From an uncultured delta proteobacterium (GTDB lineage Bacteria > Myxococcota_A > Polyangia > Polyangiales > Polyangiaceae), in assembly GCA_963782055.1 (NCBI GenBank), contig CAWAIF010000003.1:1312001-1376000 (forward strand): DNA of 64,000 bases, in the 5' to 3' direction. Below, in pieces: positions 8,488-18,092 of the stretch. The first letter of the stretch is position 1, and each line of letters starts with the position of its first letter. A model generated the notes under the pieces. That model had not been told where the DNA came from, searched no databases, and worked only from the letters and a program-made list of their open reading frames with translations. The position numbers were made by a program, and so were the translations under genes.

Positions 8488-10533
8488 ATGAACAGCTCGC
8501 GTCGCAACGCGCTCATCCTCATCGTCCTCGCCGGCGCAGGCGGCTACGCCTTCTTCCGCGCGGATAACTTCTGGGGTCTCGTCTGCTGCGGCCTCATCGC
8601 CATCTGGAGCCTCTTCGCGATGCTCCCGGTGATGGACTCGCCCTGGCGGCTCAAGGTCGGCTTCGTCGCTGTGACCTTCGCCGCGGCCTTCGTCGCCCTG
8701 TGGCCCAACCTGGACAACCTGACGGCCGGCCATCTCAAGTGCCCGGCGTACGTGAGGAGCCACATCAACTTCGGCATCGCGCAGGGGCTCGACCTCAAGG
8801 GCGGCCTGCGCCTCGTCTACACCGTGGAGGTGGACGAGGCCATCCGCGACAAGCGCGACCGCTACGCCGACGACATGCGCCGGGAGCTGGCCACCATCTA
8901 CGGCTTTCACTCCGGCGAGGGCCTGCTGAAGCGCGAGGAGCTGGACAAGCTCAAGACGAAGGTCACCGTCTCGGTCCCCGACGCGAACATCATCCGCCTC
9001 AAGTTCGCCGACCCCAACGACACCTCCAAGCTGGACGCGCGCTACCAGAAGCGCTTCGCCACCGAGCTGATCCAGCAGCGCGGCCCGGGCGAGGGCGTCG
9101 TCACCTACAAGATCCGCAGCGAGGTCGAGTCGCAGATCCGCGACAAGGCCGTGCAGCAGGCCAAGGACACCGTCTCCAAGCGCATCGACGAGATGGGCCT
9201 CCGCGAGGCCAGCGTCACCACGCGCGACGAGGACATCATCGTGGAGGTCCCGGGCGAGAGCAAGGAGACCTTCGACAAGATCAAGGACATCATCCGCCGC
9301 ACCGCCCGCCTCGAGTTCAAGATGGTGGACGAGGCCGGCGCCCGCGATTTCTTCGGCAAGTACAAGGAGGCGGACGACTGCAAGTCGGGCGACCAGTACT
9401 GCCTGCCGCCCAACGAGGGCTTCGCCGTCTACGACGAGGACGCTCCGGACGGCCCGGGCAAGAGCGTCAAGACGCACTTCATCCGCGTCCAGAAGCAGCC
9501 CAAGGAGACCTCGCAGGACTGCCTGGAGCGGCTGAAGAAGTGGGCTGCCGCGCAGGACGTCCCCGACGATCACGAGATCGGCTTCGAGGAGATCGAGGAC
9601 TACGACCCCGACACGCTCAAGTCGACGGTGCGTGGCTGGCGCACGTTCTACCTGTTCCGTCGCGCGGAGGTCACCGGTGACCTCATCACCGACGCCTCGG
9701 TCCAGCAGGACCCGGAGAAGATGGGGCAGTACTACGTGGCGGTGACCTTCAGCAACGCGGGCGCGGAGCGCTTCGGCGAGGTCACCGGCGCCAACGTGCA
9801 GCGGCGCTTCGCCATCATCCTGGACGGCATCATCAACTCGGCGCCCGTCATCCGCAGCAAGATCGACGGCGGCCGCGCCAGCATCACCCTGGGCGAGGGC
9901 GACCCGGACGTGCAGCTCGCCAAGGCGCGTCAGCTCGAGCTGGTGCTCCGCTCCGGCGCGCTCCCGGCGCCCATCAGCCCCTCGAACGAGTCGCTCATCG
10001 GCCCCTCGCTCGGGAAGGACGCGATCCACCAGGGCGTGAAGGGCATGCTGATCGGCTCCAGCCTGGTCTTCGTCTTCATGGTCTTTTACTACCGCAAGAG
10101 CGGGGTGGTCGCCGACATCGCGGTGCTCTTCAACCTGATGCTGCAGATGGCCATCCTGGCCTCCTTCAGCGCGACGATGACGCTGCCCGGCATCGCCGGC
10201 CTCGCCCTGACGATAGGCATGGCCGTCGACGCCAACGTGCTCATCAACGAGCGCATCCGCGAGGAGCTGCGCGGGGGCCGGAGCATCCGCGCCGCCGTGG
10301 AGGCCGGCTACGAGAAGGCCTTCCCCTCCATCATCGACGGCCACGTGACGGTGCTCATCAGCGGTCTCATCCTCGCGCAGTACGGCACCGGCCCGGTCAA
10401 GGGCTTCGCCGTCGCCCTCATCGTGGGCATCGCAGCGAGCCTCTACACCGGCGTCTTCTGCACGCGGCTGGTGTTCGACTGGTGGGTGCGCCACCAGAAG
10501 GTCAAGCGCCTCAGCGTCGGAGCGGAGTTCTAG
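8488..10533 (+). CDS. secD: Protein translocase subunit SecD
   Basis: GLDLKGG, LRSGALPAP, GMAVDANVLINERIREE motifs. Confidence 0.97.
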   Translation: MNSSRRNALILIVLAGAGGYAFFRADNFWGLVCCGLIAIWSLFAMLPVMDSPWRLKVGFVAVTFAAAFVALWPNLDNLTAGHLKCPAYVRSHINFGIAQGLDLKGGLRLVYTVEVDEAIRDKRDRYADDMRRELATIYGFHSGEGLLKREELDKLKTKVTVSVPDANIIRLKFADPNDTSKLDARYQKRFATELIQQRGPGEGVVTYKIRSEVESQIRDKAVQQAKDTVSKRIDEMGLREASVTTRDEDIIVEVPGESKETFDKIKDIIRRTARLEFKMVDEAGARDFFGKYKEADDCKSGDQYCLPPNEGFAVYDEDAPDGPGKSVKTHFIRVQKQPKETSQDCLERLKKWAAAQDVPDDHEIGFEEIEDYDPDTLKSTVRGWRTFYLFRRAEVTGDLITDASVQQDPEKMGQYYVAVTFSNAGAERFGEVTGANVQRRFAIILDGIINSAPVIRSKIDGGRASITLGEGDPDVQLAKARQLELVLRSGALPAPISPSNESLIGPSLGKDAIHQGVKGMLIGSSLVFVFMVFYYRKSGVVADIAVLFNLMLQMAILASFSATMTLPGIAGLALTIGMAVDANVLINERIREELRGGRSIRAAVEAGYEKAFPSIIDGHVTVLISGLILAQYGTGPVKGFAVALIVGIAASLYTGVFCTRLVFDWWVRHQKVKRLSVGAEF

Positions 10534-10536
10534 GCC

Positions 10537-11796
10537 ATGGAGTTCTTCAAGCCCGGACGCGTCTACGACTTCATGGGGCTGCGGAAGCTGTTCTTCACGC
10601 TCAGCACGCTGCTCATCCTGGGGTCCATCGTCCTCATGTTCTACCCGGGGCCCAACTACGGGACCGACTTCCGTGGCGGCACCGAGGTGGAGCTCGCCTT
10701 CTTGAAGAAGGTCGACGCCGGGGAGATCCGCAAGGCGGTGCAGGCCGGGGGCTTCAGGGACCCCGACGTCGTGCAGGTGGTGGACCCGCAGAACCCGTAC
10801 CACTTCCTCATCCGCGTCCGCGACGTCACCGCCATCTCCGACAAGGAGAAGACGGAGCTCAAGCAGGCCCTCTGCATGACCGGCGAGGGGCAGACGATCG
10901 ACGAGGCCCGCTGCCCGAAGGACGCCCGCGCCACCGAGGTCAAGTTCAGCCTCGGCGGCGACAAGGTGTCGATGCGCTACGACGTCGACCCCGACCTGAA
11001 GAAGATCACCGAGCAGGTGCAGAGCGTCCCCGGCGTGACGATGCGCACCTCCGAGACGAACCCGCAGCTCCTCAACCCGCGCGATCACCGCGTGGAGGTG
11101 CAGCTCCAGTCCAAGGGCGACCAGCTCATGGAGTCGCTGCAGAAGCAGCTCGGCTCGCAGGTGGTGCCGGAGAAGCCGCTGCGCGTGGAGTGGGTGGGGC
11201 CGAAGGCCGGCAAGCAGCTCCGCGACAGCGCGCGCAACGCCGTGGCCATCTCCATCGTCTTCATCATGCTCTACCTGGCGTTCCGCTTCGACCTGCGCTT
11301 CGCGCCGGGCGTGGTCATCGCCTGCCTGCACGACGCGACGATCGTCATCGGGGGCTTCATCCTCCTGCACAAGGAGGTGACGCTCTCGACCATCGCCGCG
11401 GTGCTCACCATCGTCGGCTATTCCATGAACGACACGGTCGTCGTCTACGATCGCATCCGCGAGAACCTGGGCAAGCATCGCGGCAAGTCCTTCCCGCAGA
11501 TCATCAACCTGAGCGTCTCGGAGACCCTCAGCCGGACGATCCTCACCTCCAGCGCGACGATGCTCTCGATGCTCGCCTTCTTCTTCTGGGGGACCGGCGT
11601 CATCAAGGACTTCGCGCTGGCGATGGTCATCGGCATCGTGGTCGGCACCTACTCCAGCATCTACGTCGCCGCGCCGCTGACCGAGTGGATCGACGCCCGC
11701 ATGGCGAAGCGGGGCAAGGGCAAGAGCATGGCCCGCAAGAAGAGGAAGAAGAAGAAGGTCGGGACGGCGACCCCCTCCACCTCCACCGCTCGGTAG
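10537..11796 (+). CDS. secF: Protein translocase subunit SecF
   Basis: GTDFRGGTE, GYSMNDTVVVYDRIREN, GTYSSIYVA motifs. Confidence 0.97.
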   Translation: MEFFKPGRVYDFMGLRKLFFTLSTLLILGSIVLMFYPGPNYGTDFRGGTEVELAFLKKVDAGEIRKAVQAGGFRDPDVVQVVDPQNPYHFLIRVRDVTAISDKEKTELKQALCMTGEGQTIDEARCPKDARATEVKFSLGGDKVSMRYDVDPDLKKITEQVQSVPGVTMRTSETNPQLLNPRDHRVEVQLQSKGDQLMESLQKQLGSQVVPEKPLRVEWVGPKAGKQLRDSARNAVAISIVFIMLYLAFRFDLRFAPGVVIACLHDATIVIGGFILLHKEVTLSTIAAVLTIVGYSMNDTVVVYDRIRENLGKHRGKSFPQIINLSVSETLSRTILTSSATMLSMLAFFFWGTGVIKDFALAMVIGIVVGTYSSIYVAAPLTEWIDARMAKRGKGKSMARKKRKKKKVGTATPSTSTAR

Positions 11797-11882
11797 GTTC
11801 GCGCCCGAGCCCCCCGAGACGCCTCAGACTGGACAAGACCAGCTCGTGGGTATAGTGGGTCGACCTTGAGCTGGGGGTCGTC

Positions 11883-12221
11883 ATGCGGTTGGTGAGAGGA
11901 GCAGGAGTGGCGCTCGTGGCGCTTGCGGCGGCAGGCGCGGCCACCGCCGTGGTGCGCGAGGCGCGCGCCCGCGCCACCCACGTCGAGGCGACCCACCGCC
12001 GCATCGAGGGCATCATCACCGCGGTCGACCACGTCAACGTGACCATCTCGCCCATCCGCGGGCGTCGCCGCTGCATCACCGGCAGGGTGGACAACCGCAC
12101 GCGCGTCATCATCGACGGGCATGCCGCCCACGTGGCCGACCTGCGCGTCACCTACGACGCCCGCGCCGAGCTCGGCCTGGACGATTACTGGAAGACCATC
12201 CGCGTCGACACCTCCCGCTGA
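11883..12221 (+). CDS. Small exported hypothetical protein (OB-fold-like beta domain possible)
   Basis: Signal-like N-terminus; beta-rich IEGIITAVD...TRVIIDG. Confidence 0.6.
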   Translation: MRLVRGAGVALVALAAAGAATAVVREARARATHVEATHRRIEGIITAVDHVNVTISPIRGRRRCITGRVDNRTRVIIDGHAAHVADLRVTYDARAELGLDDYWKTIRVDTSR

Positions 12222-12279
12222 TCTCGCCCTCGGTGTGTTTGGCGTGGCCGGGAGCGCGGGGGCGTTCTAGGCTTTGCGC

Positions 12280-13074
12280 GTGACGGTCAAGCCGGGCGAG
12301 GTACTGGTCCAGTACAGCCACGTGCAGAAGCGCTTCGGCCCCAAGGTCATCTTCGCGGACCTGACGCTGGACGTGATGCGGGGGGAGGTGCTCACCATCC
12401 TCGGGCCGTCCGGCGTGGGCAAGAGCGTGGCCCTCAAGCTGCTCATCGGCCTGATCCCCGCCGACAGCGGCTCCATCCTCTTCGACGGCCAGGAGGTCAC
12501 GCAGATGGACGAGCATCGCCTGCTGGAGGTGCGGCGGCGGATCGCCTACCTCTTCCAGGGCGCGGCCCTCTTCGACTCGCTCGACGTCGGCGAGAACGTC
12601 GCCTACGGCCTGCGCGAGCGCTTCTGGAACACCATGAAGGAGGAGGAGATCCGGGAGCGCGTCGCGCGCTCGCTGGAGCTGGTGAGCATGCCCGGCATCC
12701 AGGAAATGCGCCCGAGCGATCTCTCCGGCGGCATGCGCAAGCGCGTGGGGCTGGCGCGCACGCTGGCCCTCCAGCCGGAGGTCATCCTCTACGACGAGCC
12801 CACCACAGGCCTCGATCCCATCAACACCGCTCGCATCAACCACCTGATCAACAGCATCCGCCGCGCGCTGAAGCTGACGAGCATCGTCGTGACCCACGAC
12901 ATGGGCACCGCGTTTGCCGTCTCCGACAGGCTGGCGATCCTCCACCGCGGGCGCGTCCGGCTCGTCGGCGACCAGGACACCTTCCGGAACACGCGCGATC
13001 CCTTCGTGCGCGACTTCATCGAAGGGAGGGCCCCCGAAGAAGAGGACGTGGCCTCCCTCCTTTCACCCACGTGA
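12280..13074 (+). CDS. mlaF: Mla/Mce-type ABC transporter ATP-binding protein
   Basis: GPSGVGKS, FQGAALFDSL, LSGGMRKRVGLAR, YDEPTTGLDP. Confidence 0.9.
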   Translation: MTVKPGEVLVQYSHVQKRFGPKVIFADLTLDVMRGEVLTILGPSGVGKSVALKLLIGLIPADSGSILFDGQEVTQMDEHRLLEVRRRIAYLFQGAALFDSLDVGENVAYGLRERFWNTMKEEEIRERVARSLELVSMPGIQEMRPSDLSGGMRKRVGLARTLALQPEVILYDEPTTGLDPINTARINHLINSIRRALKLTSIVVTHDMGTAFAVSDRLAILHRGRVRLVGDQDTFRNTRDPFVRDFIEGRAPEEEDVASLLSPT

Positions 13075-13075
13075 G

Positions 13076-14233
13076 ATGGCCATGACCAAAGAGAAGAAAG
13101 TGGGGCTCTTCGTCGTCGCCGGGCTCCTCGTGCTGGCCCTGAGCGTCTTCCTCATCGGGCAAAACAGCCGGTTCTGGGAGCGGAAGGTCAACTACACCGC
13201 GGTCTACGACAACGTCGCCGGGCTGCGGAGCGGCGCCCCGGTGAGCATGGGCGGCGTGGACGTCGGCATCGTCACGCGCGTGCACTACGCCGACGACCCG
13301 AAGGACCCGCACATCTACGTCAACCTGAGCATCGTCAAGGACCAGGCGGAGCGCATCCGGCGGCGGGTGCTCGGGCCGGATGGCAAGAAGGTCCAGTACG
13401 AGGGCACCGTCGCCAGCATCGTCAACAAGGGCCTGCTCGGCGACAAGATGCTGGAGCTGAGCATGGCCGACTCGCGCGCGCCGGTGCTCGACCCCGCCAC
13501 CCCCATCCGGAGCGAGGAGCCGCTGGACCTCTCCACGTACGTGGCGAAGGTGGACGCCCTCTCCGCCAAGGCGGACAAGGTGCTCGGCAACCTGGAGGGC
13601 GCGACCGAGGGCCTGAACGACCCGCAGCTCGCCGACGACCTGCGCGGCTCCGTCGGCGCGCTGCACAACATCCTGAACGCCGTCGCCCACGAGGACGGCG
13701 CCGCCCACCGCCTCATCTACGACAAGAAGGAGGCGGACCACATCAGCCACGTGATGGCCAACCTGGACAGCTCCACCGGGCAGCTCAGCGGGCTCCTCGC
13801 GGACGCACACGACGTCACCCGGCAGGTGCGGCAGGGGCCGGGCATGGCCCACGCGCTCGTCTACGACGGGGAGATGTCCTCCAACGCGGCCGGGTCCCTC
13901 GCCGAGGTGCACAAGGACCTGGAGCACATCCGCACGGGCAACGGGCTGGCGCACGCGCTGCTCTACGGCGACACCGACTCGCAGCACCTGATGACCAACG
14001 TCAACGCGATGAGCGACGACCTGCGCACCATCGTGGGCAACCTGAAGAACGGCAAGGGGACGCTGGGCGCGCTGCTCGTCGACCCCAGCATCTACGAGGA
14101 CCTCAAGCGCATCGTCGGCAACGTGGAGCGCAACGAGGTCCTGCGCGCGCTGGTCCGCTACTCGCTCCAGCAGGACGACAAGCAGGCGGGCGGGCAGAGC
14201 CCCGAGCCCAAGGTGGAGTCGAGCAGCCCCTGA
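13076..14233 (+). CDS. mlaD: MlaD/MCE family protein with helical extension
   Basis: TM KVGLFV; GLRSGAPVSMGGVDVG; GLLGDK; GKGTLGALLVDPSIY. Confidence 0.88.
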   Translation: MAMTKEKKVGLFVVAGLLVLALSVFLIGQNSRFWERKVNYTAVYDNVAGLRSGAPVSMGGVDVGIVTRVHYADDPKDPHIYVNLSIVKDQAERIRRRVLGPDGKKVQYEGTVASIVNKGLLGDKMLELSMADSRAPVLDPATPIRSEEPLDLSTYVAKVDALSAKADKVLGNLEGATEGLNDPQLADDLRGSVGALHNILNAVAHEDGAAHRLIYDKKEADHISHVMANLDSSTGQLSGLLADAHDVTRQVRQGPGMAHALVYDGEMSSNAAGSLAEVHKDLEHIRTGNGLAHALLYGDTDSQHLMTNVNAMSDDLRTIVGNLKNGKGTLGALLVDPSIYEDLKRIVGNVERNEVLRALVRYSLQQDDKQAGGQSPEPKVESSSP

Positions 14234-14299
14234 GCGCGGGCTGCGGGCTCCAGGGCGGGGCTCGTGGGGTGGTGTGCGCGCGAGACCTATCCTGTTAGG

Positions 14300-14316
14300 G
14301 ATAGACTTGGACTATC
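14300..14316. promoter_or_regulatory. GATAG-N7-CTATC inverted repeat (putative operator), copy 1
   Basis: GATAGacttggaCTATC in an AT-rich patch upstream of the 14380 gene; second copy at 16004. Confidence 0.55.
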
Positions 14317-14379
14317 TCGAAAGGTATATCTCTGGGGACGGCCCGGCTCGGCGGGGCGTCTTCCCAAAGGAGCTCTCTC

Positions 14380-15882
14380 ATGCGCGCTTACACTCTTGGT
14401 TGCCTTGCCATCCTCTCCGCCGCGGCGGTCATCCACTGTTCCGGCTCCGGCGACGACTGCACGACGAGCGGCACGTGCGCCACGTCCGACGGCGGCGGCG
14501 GCGATGGTGACGTCACCGCGGACGCGGGGCCCGACGTGGTCGTGCCCCCAGGGTGCGACCTCACCAAGGACCTCGCCGACAGTCCGGCGTGCATCGACGA
14601 CGGCATCGGCGTGTTCGTCGACGCGCAGAACGGCGACGACGACGCCAACGACGGCAGCGAGGCCCACCCGTTCAAGACCATCGCCAAGGGCATCGCCGCC
14701 GCGGGCGGCAAGCCGCGCGTCTACGTGTGCGAGGGGACCTACCCGGAGGACGTCTCCATCACCCTGCAGAACGCGGTGAACATCTACGGCGGCCTCAAGT
14801 GCGGCGACTGGTCCTACAGCGGCGGCAAGCCGGTGGTCGGCGCCGGGCTGATGGCCCTGCACGTCGACGGCCTCACCAAGCCCGTCGTCTTCGAGGACCT
14901 CACCTTCCAGGCGGCCGACGGCAAGAAGGCGGGCGACAGTAGCCTCGGCGCGCTCGTCAACTCCAGCGCCGACGTCACCTTCCGCCGCGTGAAGCTCGTC
15001 GCCGGCAAGGGCATGGCGGGCGCGGACGGCGTGACCGGGAGCAACTGGACGCAAATCGCCCAGTCGGACGCGAGCATCGCCGGCACGAGCGCCAGCGGCA
15101 CCAGCGGCGGCAAGGCGCAGGCGTGCGCCAACCTCTGCGTCGACAAGGTCGTCAGCTCGGGCGGCAAGGGCGGCGACGGCACGCTCACCCCGGGCGCCGG
15201 CGCCGACGGCGCCCCGGGCCTCGGCGGCCAGTCGCCCACCGACGGCAAGGGCGGCGCCTCCGGCTGCAAGGACGGCGACGATGGCGCGAGCGCGCCCGCG
15301 GGGACGGACGGCAAGGGCGCCGCGGCGCTGGGCGTGCTCTCCGCGACCGGCTGGGCGCCGATGGCGGGCACCGCCGCGAAGAACGGTGGCCCCGGGCAGG
15401 GTGGTGGCGGCGGCGGCGGCGGCTCCTCGCTCACCAAGGGCGGCGGCGGCGGCGGCGCGTGCGGTGGCTGCGGCGGCGCGGGCGGCATGGCCGGCGGCGG
15501 CGGCGGCGCGAGCATCGCGCTCGCGGTGGTGTCGAGCACGGTGACCCTCGCCAGCTCGGAGCTCTCGGCGAGCGACGCGGGCGCCGGCGGCGCCGGCAGC
15601 GTCGGGCAGGGCGGACAGACGGGCGGCTTCGCCGGCCAGGGCGACTCGCCTGGCTGCGGCGGCGGCAACGGCGGTACCGGCGGCGCGGGTGGCGCGGGGG
15701 GCGGGGGCGCCGGCGGCGTCTCGGCCGGCGTCTTCTACCAGGGCACCATGCCCACCCTCGACGACGCGACGACCAACGCCATCACCGTGGCGGCGGTGGG
15801 CGCGGCGAAGGGCACCGGCGGCGCGGCCGGGGTGAACGACGGCGTCGCCGGCGTGGCGCAGCCGGTGCTCCAGGCCAAGTAG
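14380..15882 (+). CDS. PGRS-like Gly-rich surface lipoprotein with DUF1565/beta-helix-like N-domain
   Basis: AAGGAG RBS; signal plus Cys; VFVDAQNGDD...GSEAHPFKTI; GGGGGG tracts. Confidence 0.85.
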   Translation: MRAYTLGCLAILSAAAVIHCSGSGDDCTTSGTCATSDGGGGDGDVTADAGPDVVVPPGCDLTKDLADSPACIDDGIGVFVDAQNGDDDANDGSEAHPFKTIAKGIAAAGGKPRVYVCEGTYPEDVSITLQNAVNIYGGLKCGDWSYSGGKPVVGAGLMALHVDGLTKPVVFEDLTFQAADGKKAGDSSLGALVNSSADVTFRRVKLVAGKGMAGADGVTGSNWTQIAQSDASIAGTSASGTSGGKAQACANLCVDKVVSSGGKGGDGTLTPGAGADGAPGLGGQSPTDGKGGASGCKDGDDGASAPAGTDGKGAAALGVLSATGWAPMAGTAAKNGGPGQGGGGGGGGSSLTKGGGGGGACGGCGGAGGMAGGGGGASIALAVVSSTVTLASSELSASDAGAGGAGSVGQGGQTGGFAGQGDSPGCGGGNGGTGGAGGAGGGGAGGVSAGVFYQGTMPTLDDATTNAITVAAVGAAKGTGGAAGVNDGVAGVAQPVLQAK

Positions 15883-16003
15883 ACAAGCGCGCGCGCTACC
15901 ACGAGCGCGCGGCGAGGATCCCCATCTCTCCGGTCCCTTCCGTGTACCCGCGTGGGACGGACCGGAGAGCGCTGGGGGTCGGCGGCTTTCGTATACCGAA
16001 ACG

Positions 16004-16020
16004 GATAGAAGCGTGCTATC
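16004..16020. promoter_or_regulatory. GATAG-N7-CTATC inverted repeat (putative operator), copy 2
   Basis: GATAGaagcgtgCTATC upstream of the 16077 gene. Confidence 0.55.
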
Positions 16021-16076
16021 CCAGTACGGATATGCACGGCCGCGCTCCCCCCCCGGGCGCGGCCAAGGAGTACCCC

Positions 16077-17570
16077 ATGCGCGCACACGCTCTCGGCTGC
16101 CTCGCCTTCCTGTGTTTCGCCGCCGGCTGCTCCGGCTCCAGCGACGACTGCCTCACGACCGGCACCTGCGACCCCGCGGCCGACGGCGGCGCCGGCGACG
16201 TGATGCCCGGCGACGCGGCCCCCGACGTGGTGGTGCCGGAGGGCTGCGACCTCACCAGGGACCTGGCCGACAGCCCCGCGTGCATCGACGAGGGCATCGG
16301 CGTCTTCGTGGACGCCGCCGGTGGGGACGACGCCGGCGATGGCACCAGGGCGCACCCCTTCAAGACCATCGGCCACGCCGTGGCGAGCGCCGGCTTCAAG
16401 CCGCGCATCTACGTGTGCGACGGCACCTACGCCGAGGACGTCAGCCTCGACGGGACGACCGGCGTCAGCCTCTACGGGGGCCTGAAGTGCGGCGACTGGT
16501 CCTATGACGGGCAGCAGCCCACCGTCGGCCAGGGCACCACCTCGCTGCGGATGAAGGGCGTGAGCAAGTCTGTGGTGATCGAGGACCTCTCCTTCGTCGC
16601 GTCCAACGCCACCACGGCCGGCGGATTGAGCATCGCCGCGCTGGTCACCGGGTGCGCGGGCGTCACCTTCCGTCGCGTGGCGTTCTCCGCGGGCACCGCG
16701 ATGGACGGCGCCGCAGGCACGTTGACGAGCAACTGGTCGCAGGTGGCGCAGTCCGACGCCAGCATCGCGGGCAAGAACGCGACCGGGACGTCGGGTGGGG
16801 GCGCGCACGCCTGCACCCTCTGCGCCGACGGCACCAACAGCACCGGCGGCGCGGGCGGCAGCGGCGGGCTCCTCACCGGGAGCGCCGGCAAGGACGGGGT
16901 GCCGAGCCTGGGTGGCAAGGCGCCCGACGACGGCACGGGCGGCGCCGCCGGGTGCAAGGCGGGTGACGACGGGGCGAGCGCGCAGGACCCCACGCGCGGC
17001 GCCGGCGCCTCCAGGCTGGGCGTACTGTCGAAGGACGGCTGGGCGCCCGGCGCGGGCGTCGCGGGCAAGAACGGCGGCCCCGGGCAGGGCGGTGGCGGCG
17101 GCGGCGGCACCGACTCGCTCAGCAGCGGTGGTGGCGGTGGCGGCGCCTGTGGTGGATGCGGCGGCGGCGGCGGCGGCCCCGGCGGCGGCGGCGGCGGGAG
17201 CATCGGCCTCGCCGTCTCTGCAAGCGACGTCACCCTCATCGCGTCGCGCCTCGCCGCGACGACGGCGGGCAAGGGCGGCGCGGGCGTCGCGGGGCAGGCC
17301 GGCCAGCCCGGCGGCTACGGCGGGGACGGCGCGTCCCCCGGTTGCAACGGCGGCAATGGCGGGACGGGTGGCGCCGGCGGCGCGGGTGGTGGCGGCGCGG
17401 GCGGCGTCTCGGTCGGAGTGCTCTACGCGGGGACGAAGCCCTCGCTGGACGACGCGACGCTGCAGGCGATCAGCGTCGCCGCCCTCGGCGGTAGCAAGGG
17501 CGTGGGCGGCGCGCCCGGCCTGGACGACGGCACGCCCGGCGTCGCGCAGCCGGTGGTGGAGCTCAAGTAG
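16077..17570 (+). CDS. PGRS-like Gly-rich surface lipoprotein, tandem paralog of 14380..15882
   Basis: AAGGAG RBS; MRAHALGCL...FAAGC; collinear with the upstream gene (GCDLTxDLADSPACID, YGGLKCGDWSY). Confidence 0.85.
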   Translation: MRAHALGCLAFLCFAAGCSGSSDDCLTTGTCDPAADGGAGDVMPGDAAPDVVVPEGCDLTRDLADSPACIDEGIGVFVDAAGGDDAGDGTRAHPFKTIGHAVASAGFKPRIYVCDGTYAEDVSLDGTTGVSLYGGLKCGDWSYDGQQPTVGQGTTSLRMKGVSKSVVIEDLSFVASNATTAGGLSIAALVTGCAGVTFRRVAFSAGTAMDGAAGTLTSNWSQVAQSDASIAGKNATGTSGGGAHACTLCADGTNSTGGAGGSGGLLTGSAGKDGVPSLGGKAPDDGTGGAAGCKAGDDGASAQDPTRGAGASRLGVLSKDGWAPGAGVAGKNGGPGQGGGGGGGTDSLSSGGGGGGACGGCGGGGGGPGGGGGGSIGLAVSASDVTLIASRLAATTAGKGGAGVAGQAGQPGGYGGDGASPGCNGGNGGTGGAGGAGGGGAGGVSVGVLYAGTKPSLDDATLQAISVAALGGSKGVGGAPGLDDGTPGVAQPVVELK

Positions 17571-17588
17571 CCGCGCGCGTCGGATCGC

Positions 17589-18092
17589 TCACTTGCAGCC
17601 CTGCACCCGCGTGCCCGCGTCGGCGCCGGTGCAGGCGATGGTGCCGGTGCACTGCACGAACGCCCCGGTCTCGCCGCAGCCGGGATCGATGACGAAGCCC
17701 ATCGCCGAGCCGCAGTTGGTGGAGATCTGCGAGCAGCTGACCGCCGGGTACTCCTTGTCCACCGTCCCGTCGCAGTTCCAGTCTCCGAGCAGCGCAGCGT
17801 CGGGCACGTCGTGAACGAAGCCGGCGCCGGGATGGATGCGCGCGTCGTTGTCGTTGCAGTCGTCGCCGCCGCACGCCTGGGTGTTCGCGCGGTGGCCGTC
17901 CTGGTCCCGGTCGCACGGGTCCGGTCCCCCATCTCCGGCGTCTCCGCCGCCCGCCTCCGGCGTCGGGCCGCCATCGGCCGCGGCGTCGCTCACGCCGGCG
18001 TCGTCGCCCGCGTCACCGTCGAAGCGTACGTCCGGAAACGTGCAGTATACAAGCAAGGGTGTCAGCGTCAGGAGAAGGCAGAGGCGTCGCAT
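17589..18092 (-). CDS. Cys-rich lipoprotein with putative metal-binding (MopE-related) motif
   Basis: MRRLCLLLTLTPLLVYC; DCNDNDARIHPGA...DWNCDG; TGATG coupling to the upstream gene. Confidence 0.8.
   Translation of the reverse strand: MRRLCLLLTLTPLLVYCTFPDVRFDGDAGDDAGVSDAAADGGPTPEAGGGDAGDGGPDPCDRDQDGHRANTQACGGDDCNDNDARIHPGAGFVHDVPDAALLGDWNCDGTVDKEYPAVSCSQISTNCGSAMGFVIDPGCGETGAFVQCTGTIACTGADAGTRVQGCK

Noticed and set aside
8431..11478. 1015-aa antisense ORF over secD/secF, and similar long shadow ORFs (41478-43544, 51436-53874, 58741-60762, 61715-63751)
   Set aside because: Expected artefact of high GC3 coding on the opposite strand; no recognisable motifs.
15123..16076. N-terminal extension making an 815-aa second PGRS-like protein
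   Set aside because: It is an off-frame overlap of the first paralog; the true start at 16077 has an RBS and a signal peptide matching the paralog.
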